DNA of 63,822 nucleotides, counting the filler, from Octopus bimaculoides (taxonomy: Eukaryota), in NCBI RefSeq assembly GCF_001194135.2. It is 5 parts of 5 records of this genome, joined end to end, with 100 filler letters (N's around TTAATTAATTAA, not from the genome) between each part and the next. Parts side by side here need not be neighbours in the genome. Positions count along the whole stretch, not along the records: positions 1 to 28,725 come from NC_068989.1; 4 more parts are not named here. One strand, given 5' to 3'. The position numbers were made by a program, and so were the translations under genes. Shown here piece after piece: positions 1 through 11,802 of this stretch (within the stretch, counting starts at the first letter, position 1; every line of letters starts with the position of its first letter). The notes under the pieces are model-generated. The model was not told the origin of the DNA. It ran no database searches and was given only the letters and a program-made list of their open reading frames with translations.

Positions 1-340
1 TTTAATTTTAAATATTTAAAGTTATTTAAGAAAGGTAACATAAAAAAGTAAACTAGCACCTAAAGTATTTATTAGCATAACGCTTCGATTCATTCAAAAA
101 GATTATAGCCCAGTAGAATTTCTCATGCTGTCAATCACCCCCACGATGGCAAAAGGGTAAATTAATTCAGTTTTCTCTCTATTTTCCATAACTTTGAAAC
201 AGGTAAGAAGAATATTATCATTCTCAGAAAAGAGGAATTAAAGCTTAAGCTGAAAATCAAAGTGAGCAGCAAGGAGTGTCATCATTATTTTGATTGAAAG
301 TATTATGAATAGTCTGAGTGAATGACGAGATGACCCGTCA

Positions 341-685
341 TGAGGTTAAGAAGCTTGCTTTACAACCATGTAATTTCCAATGTATGGCACTATGGGCAAG
401 TGTCTTCTACTATAGCTTCAGATCGACCAATGCTTTGTGTGAATTTAGTAAGCAAGAACTGAGTGGAAACCTGTCATATATATATAGTTGTGTGTGTGTT
501 CGTGTCTGTCTCCCCACCACTTGACATCCAGTGTTGGTTTGTTTACATCCCTGCATCAGCAAAAAAGATTGATGGAATAAGTACCCAATTAAAAATAAGT
601 ATTGGGGTTGATTTGTACAGCTAAACCCTTCAACACAGTACCCCAGTGTGTCCACAGTCCAATGGTTGAAACAAGTAAAAGATCA
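341..685 (+). mobile_element. SINE family A (tRNA-like head, internal TA/TG microsatellite), decayed
   Basis: Shares ggcaagtgtcttctactatagc and the gaaacaagtaaaaga tail with other copies in the window. Confidence 0.7.
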
Positions 686-820
686 AATTAAAAGATGCTA
701 AAAATATGTTAAATAATTCTGGAGGAAGACAAGGCAACACATCAGGTTTGATGTATTATACAAACTCTACTTTACTTAGTATATGGAAGTAAGGAACTTA
801 AATAAGAGACTGTAACATAC

Positions 821-958
821 CATAGCATTGAGGGAACTGGTAGTAACCTGTTCGGCACTGGTCACACCTGGAACCTGAGAAATTTGGTTTACATATGCAC
901 CGGCCATATTTGCGGTCACAAATTTCTCTGGTGCAGCCATTCACATCACAGTTGCACA
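821..958 (-). CDS. LanA: Laminin alpha exon, LE6: (L)CNCDVNGCTREICDRKYGRCICKPNFSGSRCDQCRTGYYQFPQCY; gene continues left of the window
   Basis: tttatgcag acceptor, GTATGT donor, 138 nt, phase 1/1; LE pattern inside ORF 798-1019. Confidence 0.93.
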
Positions 959-1584
959 CTGCATAAAAATATGAAGTCATGATGTTAGCAAACAGATGAC
1001 AATATATAATGGACAACATTTAAAAAGCATTAAACAATAAAAGGCAACATTTAAAAAGTATTATTTAGTTTATGTTATATTATAGTAGAGTGTTAACCAT
1101 CATATGATGAGTATTTTTGGAAGTATGCTTTTGATACCATGGTAATATCAGGAAATACAGCAGACATACATGCAATAATTATAATTTATTTTTTATCAAA
1201 TTTTTGGGTGTTTATATGAAATAATGAAGTGAAAACAAATTTTCAAAAGACAAATGTTTATTACCTTGGAATAAAATTAAATAAAACAAAATTATCAATC
1301 GTACATTTAGCTGGAAGGTAAAGTTAAACACTAAGGGTTCAGTTCTGAGAAGGTTAACAATTTACGTTTAATCGGTTAAAGGGACATAACCTAGATTCCA
1401 TGAACAGAATTATTCCCCTTTTAGCTTAAACCTGTTTCTTAAATTCTTGTATATTTCTTTTTTCTTTCCATGTTATTTTGAGCCTGAGTAATTGCTGGAT
1501 TGTGCATAATATGCATGTACAAGTATGTACAATTACTTCACTATCTAAGCATGGAACTTGAAGTAACTTGTGTATTCATCAAAT

Positions 1585-1620
<36 letters not shown>

Positions 1621-1769
1621 AACACACATACGCACACACACACATACACACACACACAAATACACACACACACGTGTATACACATATATAAAATATATAT
1701 ATCTATATTTATTTATGTGTGCATATGTGCATGTAAAAGGTAAGATTGTAAGAAATTATAACTACTTAC

Positions 1770-1910
1770 ATCTGCAATTGTTATGCACATCAAAATAGCC
1801 AACTGCACAGTTGTTGCAAGAAAGGCCTGCAAAGCCAGGATGACAGTGGCACCGACCTGTATCTTTGTCACAATGACTACCTCTTGAACCAATTCTGTTA
1901 CATACACAGC
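1770..1910 (-). CDS. LanA: Laminin alpha exon, LE5: (R)CVCNRIGSRGSHCDKDTGRCHCHPGFAGLSCNNCAVGYFDVHNNCR
   Basis: ttgttgcag acceptor, GTAAGT donor, 141 nt, phase 1/1. The supplied ORF 1713-1919 is the wrong frame of this exon. Confidence 0.93.
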
Positions 1911-1983
1911 CTGCAACAATATAAGAAATACATTAAGTTATACTTTTATTTACTGACTTTGTAAGTATATTATATAAGTATCT

Positions 1984-2205
1984 CTACTCTAGGCACAAGA
2001 CCTTGAAAATTTGGGGGGAAGTGAGGGGGTGGGAGCTAGTTGATTACATCAACCCCAGTGCATAACTGGTACTTATTTCATCGACTCTGAAAGGATGAAA
2101 GACAAAGTTGATCTCGGCTGGAATTTGAACTCAGAACATAGTGTCAGACGAAATACCATTAAACATTTCACTCGGTGTGCTAACAATTCTACCAGCTCAC
2201 TTCCT
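1984..2205 (-). mobile_element. SINE family B (GGCGGCGAGCTGGCAGAA head)
   Basis: Reverse complement of the head ...gagttcaaatt (B-box) and core ctttcatcctttc.gggtcgat.aa.taagtaccagtt. Confidence 0.8.
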
Positions 2206-2689
2206 TATGTAAGTACATAATATAAAACAATAGAGTATGATATATAAGATAAATATAATATAAAATATATATCAATATATAATACAACACAATATAATAT
2301 ACTCTAGCAATTGCACCCTAGGTCAGGTGGTCATCATCCTCATTGCCATCCTCATCATCATCATTTAAGATCCACCTAGAATGCTGATACAAGTGGGATG
2401 GTTTGACAGGATCTGGCACGACAAAAGGTTGTATCAGGCTCCAGTGTCAACTTTGGCATGATCTCTATGGTTGGGTGTTCTTACTAATGCCAACCACTTC
2501 AGAGAATGTACTGGATGCCTTTTTTGTACCATTGGCACTAAGTGAGGTTGTGAAGTAACTTGCAAGAGAGAAAAAAGAACAGGGAAAAAGAAAAAGAAAA
2601 AAGAAAAAAGCTCCCACTGCTAAGAGGGAGTATTTGAGAGAGGAAGGAGTCTTTATGCTGGATACTGATAGGTTAAAGTAAGATAAAGT

Positions 2690-3490
2690 GACAAGCACAG
2701 TTGTCTTGCTATAGAGAAGATACATGGCTGCTCTGTATTCTATACAGAGGTGGGTGGGAGTAGTTGAGAAGAAGATAAAAGTAAGATAGTGATGGAGTAC
2801 CAGAGCAAAACTCTCAAAATACAAGAAGGGGAGCATAAGAGAGGATATAGATAGTGAGTTATGAGAAAGGAGGAGAGAGTAGATGCTTTCCTAGAGTGTG
2901 AGGAAGAGTAACAGAGGGTGAAAGATGGGGATGGAGGTAAATGTAGTGATTGAGTTGAGAGAAATATCAGTTCAGAGAGGTATAAGGTGAGAGATACAGA
3001 AATGGTTCAGGGAAGAGAATATATCAGTAAGTAGCAGAATAATGTGAGAGGTGTGAGAGTGATAGACAGGGAGATACAAGAGTTATATAAGGGGGCTATA
3101 GTAAGTGGTGTGTAATGGCAGAAATAAGGTATTGAGGATGGTACAGATAAAAGGTGTTAAAAATGAGGCAATGCAGAGGAGAGAGATCAGTAGCTGAACA
3201 CACAAAAGGTGGTGATTGGTGTAAATGGTGTGAACTAGGATGATAATGAGAAATGGAAGTGTGTCCAGAGGGAAAGGGAGGAGGGATGGGGGTAACCAGA
3301 AAGGAGGGCATGTAATATGTACCAGCTTGACCCTCCGGTGATAACAGCAGGCAAGTAGTACCATAGATAGAGGAGTGATAGGAGATGAGAATTGGAGGAC
3401 TACTTGATGGGGTAGAAAGAGAAGAAGAGTGAGAGACAAGGATCCTGCATATACAAGCATACCAAGTGGTTTTAGGATATCCCTTTTGCA
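2690..3490 (-). mobile_element. Possible highly decayed LINE endonuclease (APE) region
   Basis: Weak, frameshifted resemblance to N-terminal (W...CRxL.SH...PPI.I) and later (HPL..SS, S.ID.T-like) APE segments; purine-rich plus strand. Confidence 0.35.
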
Positions 3491-3887
3491 AATTGCCAAT
3501 TACCTTGGTCCCCTGTCATCTCCTTCCTAAGGCTCAACCCAAAACTAGGTACAAGTCATTAGATGGGCTGGTTTCCACACAGTTTAACTTACAAGACTTG
3601 AAATTTAACCAAAGTTATGGGAGAAGACATTTGGCCAATGTACCACTGCACAATGGGATGAAACCTAGAACCATGTGATGGCGAAACAAACTTCTTAATG
3701 CTGTGGCCATGCATGCACACAGATTATTTCCTACAGATATGCATTTTAAAAAGTTGGTTCAGACATTCACCTCACAATACCTGTTTCCCCTATAATGTGA
3801 ATATCCCTAAATCACTTATAGAGATGCAAATAGAGTCCAGAGAGGATTTATTAAGAAGGTTTAGAGTTAGTAATATATGGGCTTACT

Positions 3888-4310
3888 AGGGCAGTGAGCT
3901 GGCAGAATCATTAGCATGCCAGGCAGAATGCTTAGTGGTATTTTGTCCTTTTTATGTTCTGAGTTCAAATGCTGCCAGGGTTGACTTTGCTTTTGTTCCT
4001 ACAGGGTCAATAAATAAGTACCAGTTGAACACTGGGGTCAATGTAAATGACTTGCCCCTTCTCCAAAATTGCTGGCCTGGTGCCAAAATTTGAAACCAAT
4101 ATAAAGACTGCCTAAGTTAGCCAGCTGGCAGAATCGTTACCATGCCAGGCAAAATGCTTAGCAGCATTTCATCTGCTTTTGCGTTCTGAGTCGACTTTGC
4201 CTTTCATTCTTTAGGTGTTGATAGAATAAGTACCAGTTGAATACTGGTGTTGATGTAATCAACTCAGCCCTTCCCCAAAATTGCTGACCTAGTGCTAAAA
4301 TTTGAAAAAC
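3888..4310 (+). mobile_element. Two tandem SINE family B copies
   Basis: g[t/c]cagctggcagaatc.ttag/ac heads at about 3888 and 4118, each followed by the core and ccaaaatttgaaa end. Confidence 0.8.
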
Positions 4311-4748
4311 AATATATGAACTTCCTCTCTGAGTTTTCAGAAAACTTGCATGGGATTATTTGTGAATAGAAGAAACTACATTTCACAGAAATATGAAACT
4401 TCCCTTCTTAAAGTATGCTTCCACCATTCCTGATTTTGATGTTTCCTTCTTTGCTCAGAACTCTCTCAGATTTTTCTGTTTTGAATTGGAAGATGATGAG
4501 GGATTGAACCACAAGCAAACACATTAAAGAAGGCGATATGAATAATTTGAAAATTTTAAATCAGTGCCTACAATATTCAAAGATTTACAGATCCATCTTC
4601 CCCATCTATTAATTTCATTTTGCTCTTTTAAATGTGTAAGTTAATTAAGAGAGGAACTACAATGTTCAAAACCTTTGTAAAACCTACCAGGTTGGTAAGA
4701 CTGATGCATTCAAGATCCATCCAGATCTACAGGTCAGTGCCAGTAGGT

Positions 4749-4983
4749 CAGTGGTTGTCAACCAGGATCCACATAAAATTTTGTTGTTAAAATTTATGTG
4801 CCATAAATTGCATATATTTTTACAATGAACAAAATGGTTAATTTTTTTAATACAATTTCTAATATTAATTATACAAAAATACAGTAGGACATTTTTAATA
4901 AAAACATCGAATGTCTCTGGAGGTCCAGTAGAGTAAAATAGGAATTAAAAGGATCAAAATGCAAAAATGGATGAGAACCACTG
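4749..4983. mobile_element. hAT/Charlie-type MITE
   Basis: Ends CAGTGGTTGTCAACC and GGATGAGAACCACTG; flanking 8-mers cagtaggt/ctgtagat (6/8) fit a decayed 8-bp TSD. A related partial copy lies at about 18390-18563. Confidence 0.7.
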
Positions 4984-5124
4984 CTGTAGATAAAAGATGA
5001 GAGTGTGAGTGGGCTGATGTTTACAACAGAGTGAACTATATTAAAAGCATCTGAGAACGAAAGTGAAGATATGGTTTGACACTATTTTTGAAAATATTGA
5101 AAAGAAATCAAAGAAAATACTAAC

Positions 5125-5315
5125 GTTTGCAATCAGGGAACCCAAAATATCCTTGTTGACAAGAGTCACAGTAAATACCAGTGTAATTGGGTTTACAGGG
5201 GCATTGTTTTTGTCCTCTGTTCCCTCGAGGTATCTGACATACTTGATTTACTGTACCAATCTGGTTGCATTCACAGGGTTTACATTCAGGGAAACTATGG
5301 TAGCCGACATTACAT
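5125..5315 (-). CDS. LanA: Laminin alpha exon, end of LE3 plus LE4: CNVGYHSFPECKPCECNQIGTVNQVCQIPRGNRGQKQCPCKPNYTGIYCDSCQQGYFGFPDCK
   Basis: Translated by hand. ctctttcag acceptor, GTTAGT donor, 191 nt, phase 2/1. Confidence 0.94.
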
Positions 5316-5668
5316 CTGAAAGAGTATGAAATACAGAATTAAATTGAAAGTTTGGAGGTGCATTTGTCAGGTAAGTAATTTGATCAGAGATCAGGCATAG
5401 AAACTAATGCAATTTCAGCCAGAAAAACATTAGCCATTCAAAACCACACAAAAACTTAATTGAAGCATTTATTATTTGTAATTCTGTTTCAAAATTTTCA
5501 CTGCACAATCTGTGAACAGATCACTGATAAGATTACACTGTATTTAGTTTGTGAGTTTACTGGTTGGTATATATATATATATATATATATATATNNNNNN
5601 NNNNNNNNNNNNNNNNNNNNNNNNNNNNNNNNNNNNNNNNNNNNNATATATACACATACACACACACA

Positions 5669-7473
5669 CAGTGGTGGGCACAACTAACCAAAAACTTAGC
5701 TTTGCAAATGCAAAACAGGTAAAAAAATTAGTGGAAGCTAACGCTAACTGATGACTGCTAACTTTTATCATATGAATTTGACATTGGTTTGGTTGTTTTT
5801 TTTTCCCTCTAAACCCCTTAAAAGCAGACCTAGAGAGCTGAAATTTTCATGTTGTAGCTTAGACATAGAGCTTTCCAAAAAAGTATAGCATGCTAGGATC
5901 AGAAGATAATCAAAGTGTACGCAAATAATTAAATGGACAAACGAAATTAAACATTAGTTTTTCAGTCAACATACACTTTATTTACTGTACAAAAAGTATT
6001 AGACGAATCAAAAAGGTAGAGCACAACTTCAGTATCATGCTAAGATCAGATGATGATTAATGTGTACTACTCTGGCTGGGCCTTCTCCATCACCTTGATG
6101 TGATGCTGGTTGCCCTTCGTAAACATCAGCCTCTCAAAGTTACCATTTGACAGGGTGGCTCTCTTGGCCCTCAAAATATTTTTGCCTATAGAGAATAGGC
6201 ACTCAACTGCAGCACTAGTTGGGATGGTGGTGTTATACTTCGTGAACAGGTCGATCAAGACCTGCTCACCCAAAAAGGTAACTTCAGTCAGGACCTCCTT
6301 CTAGGCAGCCTTCAACCAGGTTTACACCAGGTTTTGCACCTTGAAACTTAGTAACCCGTGGCTCCTGCTCTCTCTGAACCGAGTGATGTTGCTGAAGAAA
6401 TCATCTTCCTCATCCTCATTGCTAGTGGTGCTGCTGCCCTCCCCATTAGAGCTGTCTCTACGATGGTCTCCATGGCATTTGTTACTCTGCCAACTTGGCT
6501 GTTATTACACTGTTTCAGCCAGAACAGGCGAAATTTGGAGGGAAAGGCAGCAGTCAGCTGGCACTCCAGGTCTTCTAGGAGGAGCCCAAACCTCTCCGTG
6601 ATGCTTGCCAGTATCGTGTCTACTAGAGGACTGCAATACAGATATTTGAACTTGGCCTCCTTCATCTTCATGACGGTAGCCACTACAGTAGGCAGAAGAC
6701 TCCCAAGACAGGCTTGGTCCTTGCCCTGGATTTTATCCAAGGCCTTGGCAACATTAGACATCACCTGGGCGTACTCCATCAGGAAGCCGACATCAGAATC
6801 AGTAAAGGTCTGCAGCTTCAGCTGTGCCATCACCCTGTGGACAGCTCCTCTATTCTTCTCCAGCAGGTTGTTGAGGACAACAACAGAGTCATAGGTAGAG
6901 TTCCATCTGGTACTGTTGGGAACCACCAGCCATCTCTTCAACAGGTCCAAAATGCTGTCTGCCGCCACTGCGCAGCAGCTCTGCAGATTCCACAGCCACT
7001 GTGCCTTGGACATGGCCTTCCTTGAATGAAGCACTGTCAAGAGCTTTGTTGGCATCCACATTGGCTACCAAGTTGAAGGTTTGGGCTGCGCACTTTATGT
7101 TGCAGACTCCTCAACAGGCCCTTTATCCTTAGGCCGAACAAAAATGTCTTCATCTTCCATTATGATAAGCGATAGCTTGGACAACGTTGTAAGTGAACAC
7201 AACTCAAAACTGCACAATTACACAATGCTGCTGCTGTGATGAGCAATCACATCTTGTCATGTGTACACACAGTCAGTCAATAGTGTGCCTGATGGAATCT
7301 TTGAGACACATCCACAACAGACAGGAACAAACACATGAATTTTGTTAGCAGAACTAAATTTAGCAGAAGCTAATTGGTCCCCTAATGGTTTCTAAAGTTA
7401 GAGAAAATACTAATCTTCTAAACGAAAAGCTAGCTTCACTAATTAGCTGTTAGCAGAACCGTGCCCACAACTG
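5669..7473 (-). mobile_element. Internally deleted hAT DNA transposon with TIRs and decayed transposase
   Basis: TIRs CAGTGGTGGGCAC (5669-5681) and GTGCCCACAACTG (7461-7473), 12/13 match. Minus-strand transposase motifs CAAQTFNLVA, VPNSTRWNSTYD and the hATC dimerisation region YNTTIPTSAAVECLFSIGKNIL. At least two frameshifts and two in-frame stops; no TSD recognisable (microsatellite flanks). Confidence 0.9.
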
Positions 7474-8183
7474 TATATATCATCATCTATATATATCTAT
7501 ATATATATATATATATATATATATNNNNNNNNNNNNNNNNNNNNNNNNNNNNNNNNNNNNNNNNNNNNNNNNNNNNNNNNNNNNNNNNNNNNNNNNNNNN
7601 NNNNNNNNNNNNNNNNNNNNNNNNNNNNNNNNNNNNNNNNNNNNNNNNNNNNNNNNNNNNNNNNNNNNNNNNNNNNNNNNNNNNNNNNNNNNNNNNNNNN
7701 NNNNNNNNNNNNNNNNNNNNNNNNNNNNNNNNNNNNNNNNNNNNNNNNNNNNNNNNNNNNNNNNNNNNNNNNNNNNNNNNNNNNNNNNNNNNNNNNNNNN
7801 NNNNNNNNNNNNNNNNNNNNNNNNNNNNNNNNNNNNNNNNNNNNNNNNNNNNNNNNNNNNNNNNNNNNNNNNNNNNNNNNNNNNNNNNNNNNNNNNNNNN
7901 NNNNNNNNNNNNNNNNNNNNNNNNNNNNNNNNNNNNNNNNNNNNNNNNNNNNNNNNNNNNNNNNNNNNNNNNNNNNNNNNNNNNNNNNNNNNNNNNNNNN
8001 NNNNNNNNNNNNNNNNNNNNNNNNNNNNNNNNNNNNNNNNNNNNNNNNNNNNNNNNNNNNNNNNNNNNNNNNNNNNNNNNNNNNNNNNNNNNNNNNNNNN
8101 NNNNNNNNNNNNNNNNNNNNNNNNNNNNNNNNNNNNNNNNNNNNNNNNNNNNNNNNNNNNNNNNNNNNNNNNNNNNNNNNNNN

Positions 8184-8225
<42 letters not shown>

Positions 8226-8389
8226 CACATTTTCTATTTGATAAAGGGAAGCCCAAAATCTAAAATAAGCATTAAATACCCTATGTAGGGTGATACAATA
8301 TCTTGTATTTGTTTTTATTTATAAGGATCTTATGCCAATATATCTTTGTCATAAATTTTTTCTTGATTTCTCACTTGTATTACTTACAG

Positions 8390-8497
8390 GTCCTAGAAAT
8401 ATCTATATCATAAACACTCCAACATTGGTTGGCAAGTGATGGTGGGGTGACAAACAAAGACATACACACACATAAATATATATATATACATATATAT

Positions 8498-8537
<40 letters not shown>

Positions 8538-8725
8538 CTATATATATATATATATATATATACGACAAGCTTCTTTCAGTTTCCGTCTACCAAATCCACT
8601 AACAAAGCTTAGGTTGGCCTGAGGTATAGTAGAAGACACTTGCCTAAGGTGCCATGCAGTCAGACTGAACCCAGAACCATGAGGTTAGGAAGCAAGCTTC
8701 TTACCACACAGCCATGTCTGTGCCT
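8390..8725 (-). mobile_element. SINE family A
   Basis: ctttcagtttccgtctaccaaatccact...gtagaagacacttgcc...cttaccacacagcc; internal (TA)n/(CA)n. Confidence 0.8.
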
Positions 8726-8936
8726 ACTTTCATGTAACATTTTTTTTTTACATCAAATACATTTCTGGTTCTTAAATAAGTTGAAAAAATATCAATAACT
8801 AGTTCTTTTTCTGCCTATACATATCTCTGGTGCTATAGAATTACACAAACTCACACACATATCATACATAATACATACACATGAGAGCAGAGCATGTGCA
8901 GGAATATAATGGTAGGAGAACTTGAAAGAATCTTAC

Positions 8937-9033
8937 CGGTCACAGTTCCTTCCAGTATATTTCCGTTTACAGAGACACTGTCCAGTATTGGGATCACAAT
9001 CTCCTGTTGAGAACTGACCACGACATTGACATC
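8937..9033 (-). CDS. LanA: Laminin alpha exon, LE3: (R)CQCRGQFSTGDCDPNTGQCLCKRKYTGRNCD(R)
   Basis: Translated by hand. gttgttgtag acceptor, GTAAGA donor, 97 nt, phase 1/2. Confidence 0.93.
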
Positions 9034-9316
9034 CTACAACAACAAAAACAACAATCATTTCTAGAGTAGAGCTTTACAGGAGTTTCATGATTCTGATGAT
9101 ACCAACAAAAGTATCATAATATAGTTGTTAAAGAGAGGATAGAATACAGTTGAGGGTAGTGTAGGAGATAGTGTATCACTGATCAAAGAATGTTATCAGA
9201 GTTGTTCACCCTCCAAGTTAACCCTGATTGAACAAACCTATGATCCCTAGTCACTATTTCATGTTTTGGGAATCTAAGTCTACATTAGCTAATGTGTTGC
9301 TTTATTATTTAAGACT

Positions 9317-9535
9317 TAAGGCAGTGAGCTGGAAAATTTGTTAGCATGTTCAACGAAATGCTTAGCAGTATTTCTTCCAGCTCTTTACATTCTGAGCTGA
9401 AATCCTGCTGATTTCAATTTTGCCTTTCATCTTCTCATGGTCATTAAAATAAAGTACCAGTCAAGTACCAAAGTTGATGTAATTGACTTGCCTTTTCCCT
9501 TCAAAATTGCTGGTTTCATGCCATAATTAGAAAGA
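9317..9535 (+). mobile_element. SINE family B, decayed
   Basis: ggcagtgagctgg...aaatgcttagc...gcctttcatc...taaagtaccagt. Confidence 0.7.
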
Positions 9536-10405
9536 ATTATTGAAAGGCCAGTCCTAAATGAAAATGTAATTAATTTAGATTATTTTAAAAGAAGGAATTA
9601 CGTATTTAAATGCACATTTAAATACTGCCTTAAAATGAAACATAGATCAAATCAAGCTCTGGTCAAAGGATAAGAAATCTATTATTCACTTTTTGACCAC
9701 CATCTATCATTAATGACTTGAATAAAAATTCTGCTTGTCTGCCCTACTGAGACAGTTTGTTTCTATCTCTCCAACACAGTGTGTTCGATAGGATCCAAGC
9801 CTGGGAGCTGAATGGTATGGAAGATAGGTTGTTGTCCATGCAGAGTGTCCTCCACCTCTCTATGTCATTGACAGATGCAAAAGAACAGCAAGGTCATTAC
9901 AATTTGATACCAACATCCTTGCATGAGTTGACAGAATGAGGTCGTAGACAACATAGAATTGTCCCAGGGGATCTAGGTTTTGATTTTTCCATGGGGTTTA
10001 CTCCCAAAGTAAACCTTCAGGTTTACTCTTCTATGGCTGGGTATGGTCACAAGTCAGCAAAGTTTTGGAATTTAGATTTTCTTTCCCCTTGATGGGTTGC
10101 TTATCCACCCCTCCAGGCTAATGAGCAGCATCTGCTCAACTGACTTTCAAATCAACTCACAGCTGGGACCCTGACAAGTGCAACTACTCTGAGTCAGATT
10201 AAACCAGGGAACAACAGTGGCTAAGAAGTCGTTCCACACTCCTCAAAACTCTGGAACTCACAAATCTGGCCCCACAACTGGATGCAGTTTAAAGTTATAC
10301 CCAGGATAACTGCAAAAAATAACCAAAGTTATTAGACACACAAGTTACTATGTAGACATTGGGATTTGTTTGGGAAAATAATTTTAAATGATTGGGCTTA
10401 CTTAC

Positions 10406-10496
10406 GTTTACAAGCATGCTTCGAAGTTATTGGAACGTTACTGTCTCGGTAATACCCTCGACGACATTTTTCACAGTTGGTTCCTTCAGTGAAATG
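10406..10496 (-). CDS. LanA: Laminin alpha exon, LE2 second part: HFTEGTNCEKCRRGYYRDSNVPITSKHACK
   Basis: tttatcag acceptor, GTAAGT donor, 91 nt, phase 0/1, LE cysteine spacing. Confidence 0.93.
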
Positions 10497-10596
10497 CTGA
10501 TAAAGAAATATTCCTTTTTTAAATAAATTATGTAAAGTTTGAAGTTGAAAATACAGAAGACTGAAACATAAATTAATTACCCTATTTTGGAGCAAG

Positions 10597-10742
10597 GTAG
10601 AAGCAGCATCAAGGAAGATGTTACATTGTGGTAGATGCTACATTATAGTAGACACTGCACTGGGGTAGACGCTGCATCATAGTTGATGTTGCATTGTGGT
10701 AGATGTTGTATAGTGGAAGACGCTACATTGTGGAAGACATAC
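10597..10742. repeat. 17-bp intronic minisatellite, about 8 diverged units
   Basis: gatgttacattgtggta / gatgctacattatagta / gacactgcactggggta / gacgctgcatcatagtt / gatgttgcattgtggta / gatgttgtatagtggaa / gacgctacattgtggaa. Confidence 0.85.
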
Positions 10743-10990
10743 TCCAATTTTGGACTGTAATTCTAGCAAATATTTTCCAAACTTACCAAAGCCCCGTTGA
10801 CACAAACAGGCACTGCCCATTGGGTAGGCATTAGATATTATCAGACAAAAATTGGCAGACAAAGCAGCTCAGGGTTGATGCAATGTAGCCATGTCTGTAC
10901 CTATACAGTTACAATGTATATACATTTCATATATAATATGGCTATAGTCCAATGACTGAAACAAGTATCAGATAAAAGATAGGTATTTAC

Positions 10991-11109
10991 CTGGCAATCT
11001 TGACAAACACCTCCACCTGAATATCTTCCATGTATATCAAGGGAAAGCCGTTTCCTGTCAACTTCAGCATCATAGATACACCTGCTGCTGTGATCGTGGC
11101 AGTTACAGG
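10991..11109 (-). CDS. LanA: Laminin alpha exon, LE2 first part: (P)CNCHDHSSRCIYDAEVDRKRLSLDIHGRYSGGGVCQDCQ
   Basis: cctccag acceptor, GTAAAT donor, 119 nt, phase 1/0; the SLDIHGxYxGGGVC motif is characteristic of LanA-type LE2. Confidence 0.95.
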
Positions 11110-11802
11110 CTGGAGGAAATGGAGAAGGAGGAAAAACATTGAAATAATTGAAATTATTGGTTGTGCTGTTGTTTAGCCCTAGGTTAACGGTGATCATGAT
11201 AGACCTATGATCAAAATGGTTCCAGTTATGAACATCCCAAATTTTTTCGAATGAAGTGTAACTAACCCATGTTTTTATGGGGATCTGCAGTATGGGAAGA
11301 ACATCAGACAAAATACTTCATGGTATTTAGTTCTAGTCTTTTACGCACTGAAACCAAATCCCACCAAGTTCAACCTTGCCTTCCATCCTTCCAGGATTAA
11401 TAAAACAAGATACCCCTCATGTAACTTTTGAAAACATTTTTCATGTTCAGAATTGGCAAAGAATGGAATGAACTACTCACATCCATTGACAGCACTCAGG
11501 ATACTGCATCCGTAAAAAAAGTTCCATGCTTCCTGAACTTACTAATACCTTTCCTGCTACACCTTATACACCATTTCTACTTTGTGATTCTTTTGCTGTT
11601 CACCTTCTTGTTTTTTGGGGGATTTTAAAATTCTGTGTATTATGCATGTACTTCTAGCTTTCAAGGCTGTCATTTTTTTCCTGACTTAAATGTCTGCTAT
11701 CTGTCCTCAACCTGATAACCATTCCCAAAGAGAACCTGAGCACCGTATACAATAAGTTCATTATATTATATACTGGCACATATATAACATCCTAGTTAGC
11801 CT

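Noticed and set aside
7461-8288. Long ORFs spanning N-runs (also at 12.7, 21.6, 37.9, 42.1, 44.2, 48.7, 52.0 and 56.5 kb)
   Set aside because: They are open only because N codons translate as X; the flanks are (TA)n.
10787-10862. EGF-like-looking GSACLCQRGFG followed by a GTAAGT donor inside a laminin intron
   Set aside because: No usable acceptor, a stop just upstream in frame, and a phase-1 donor is incompatible with the phase-0 flanking exons.
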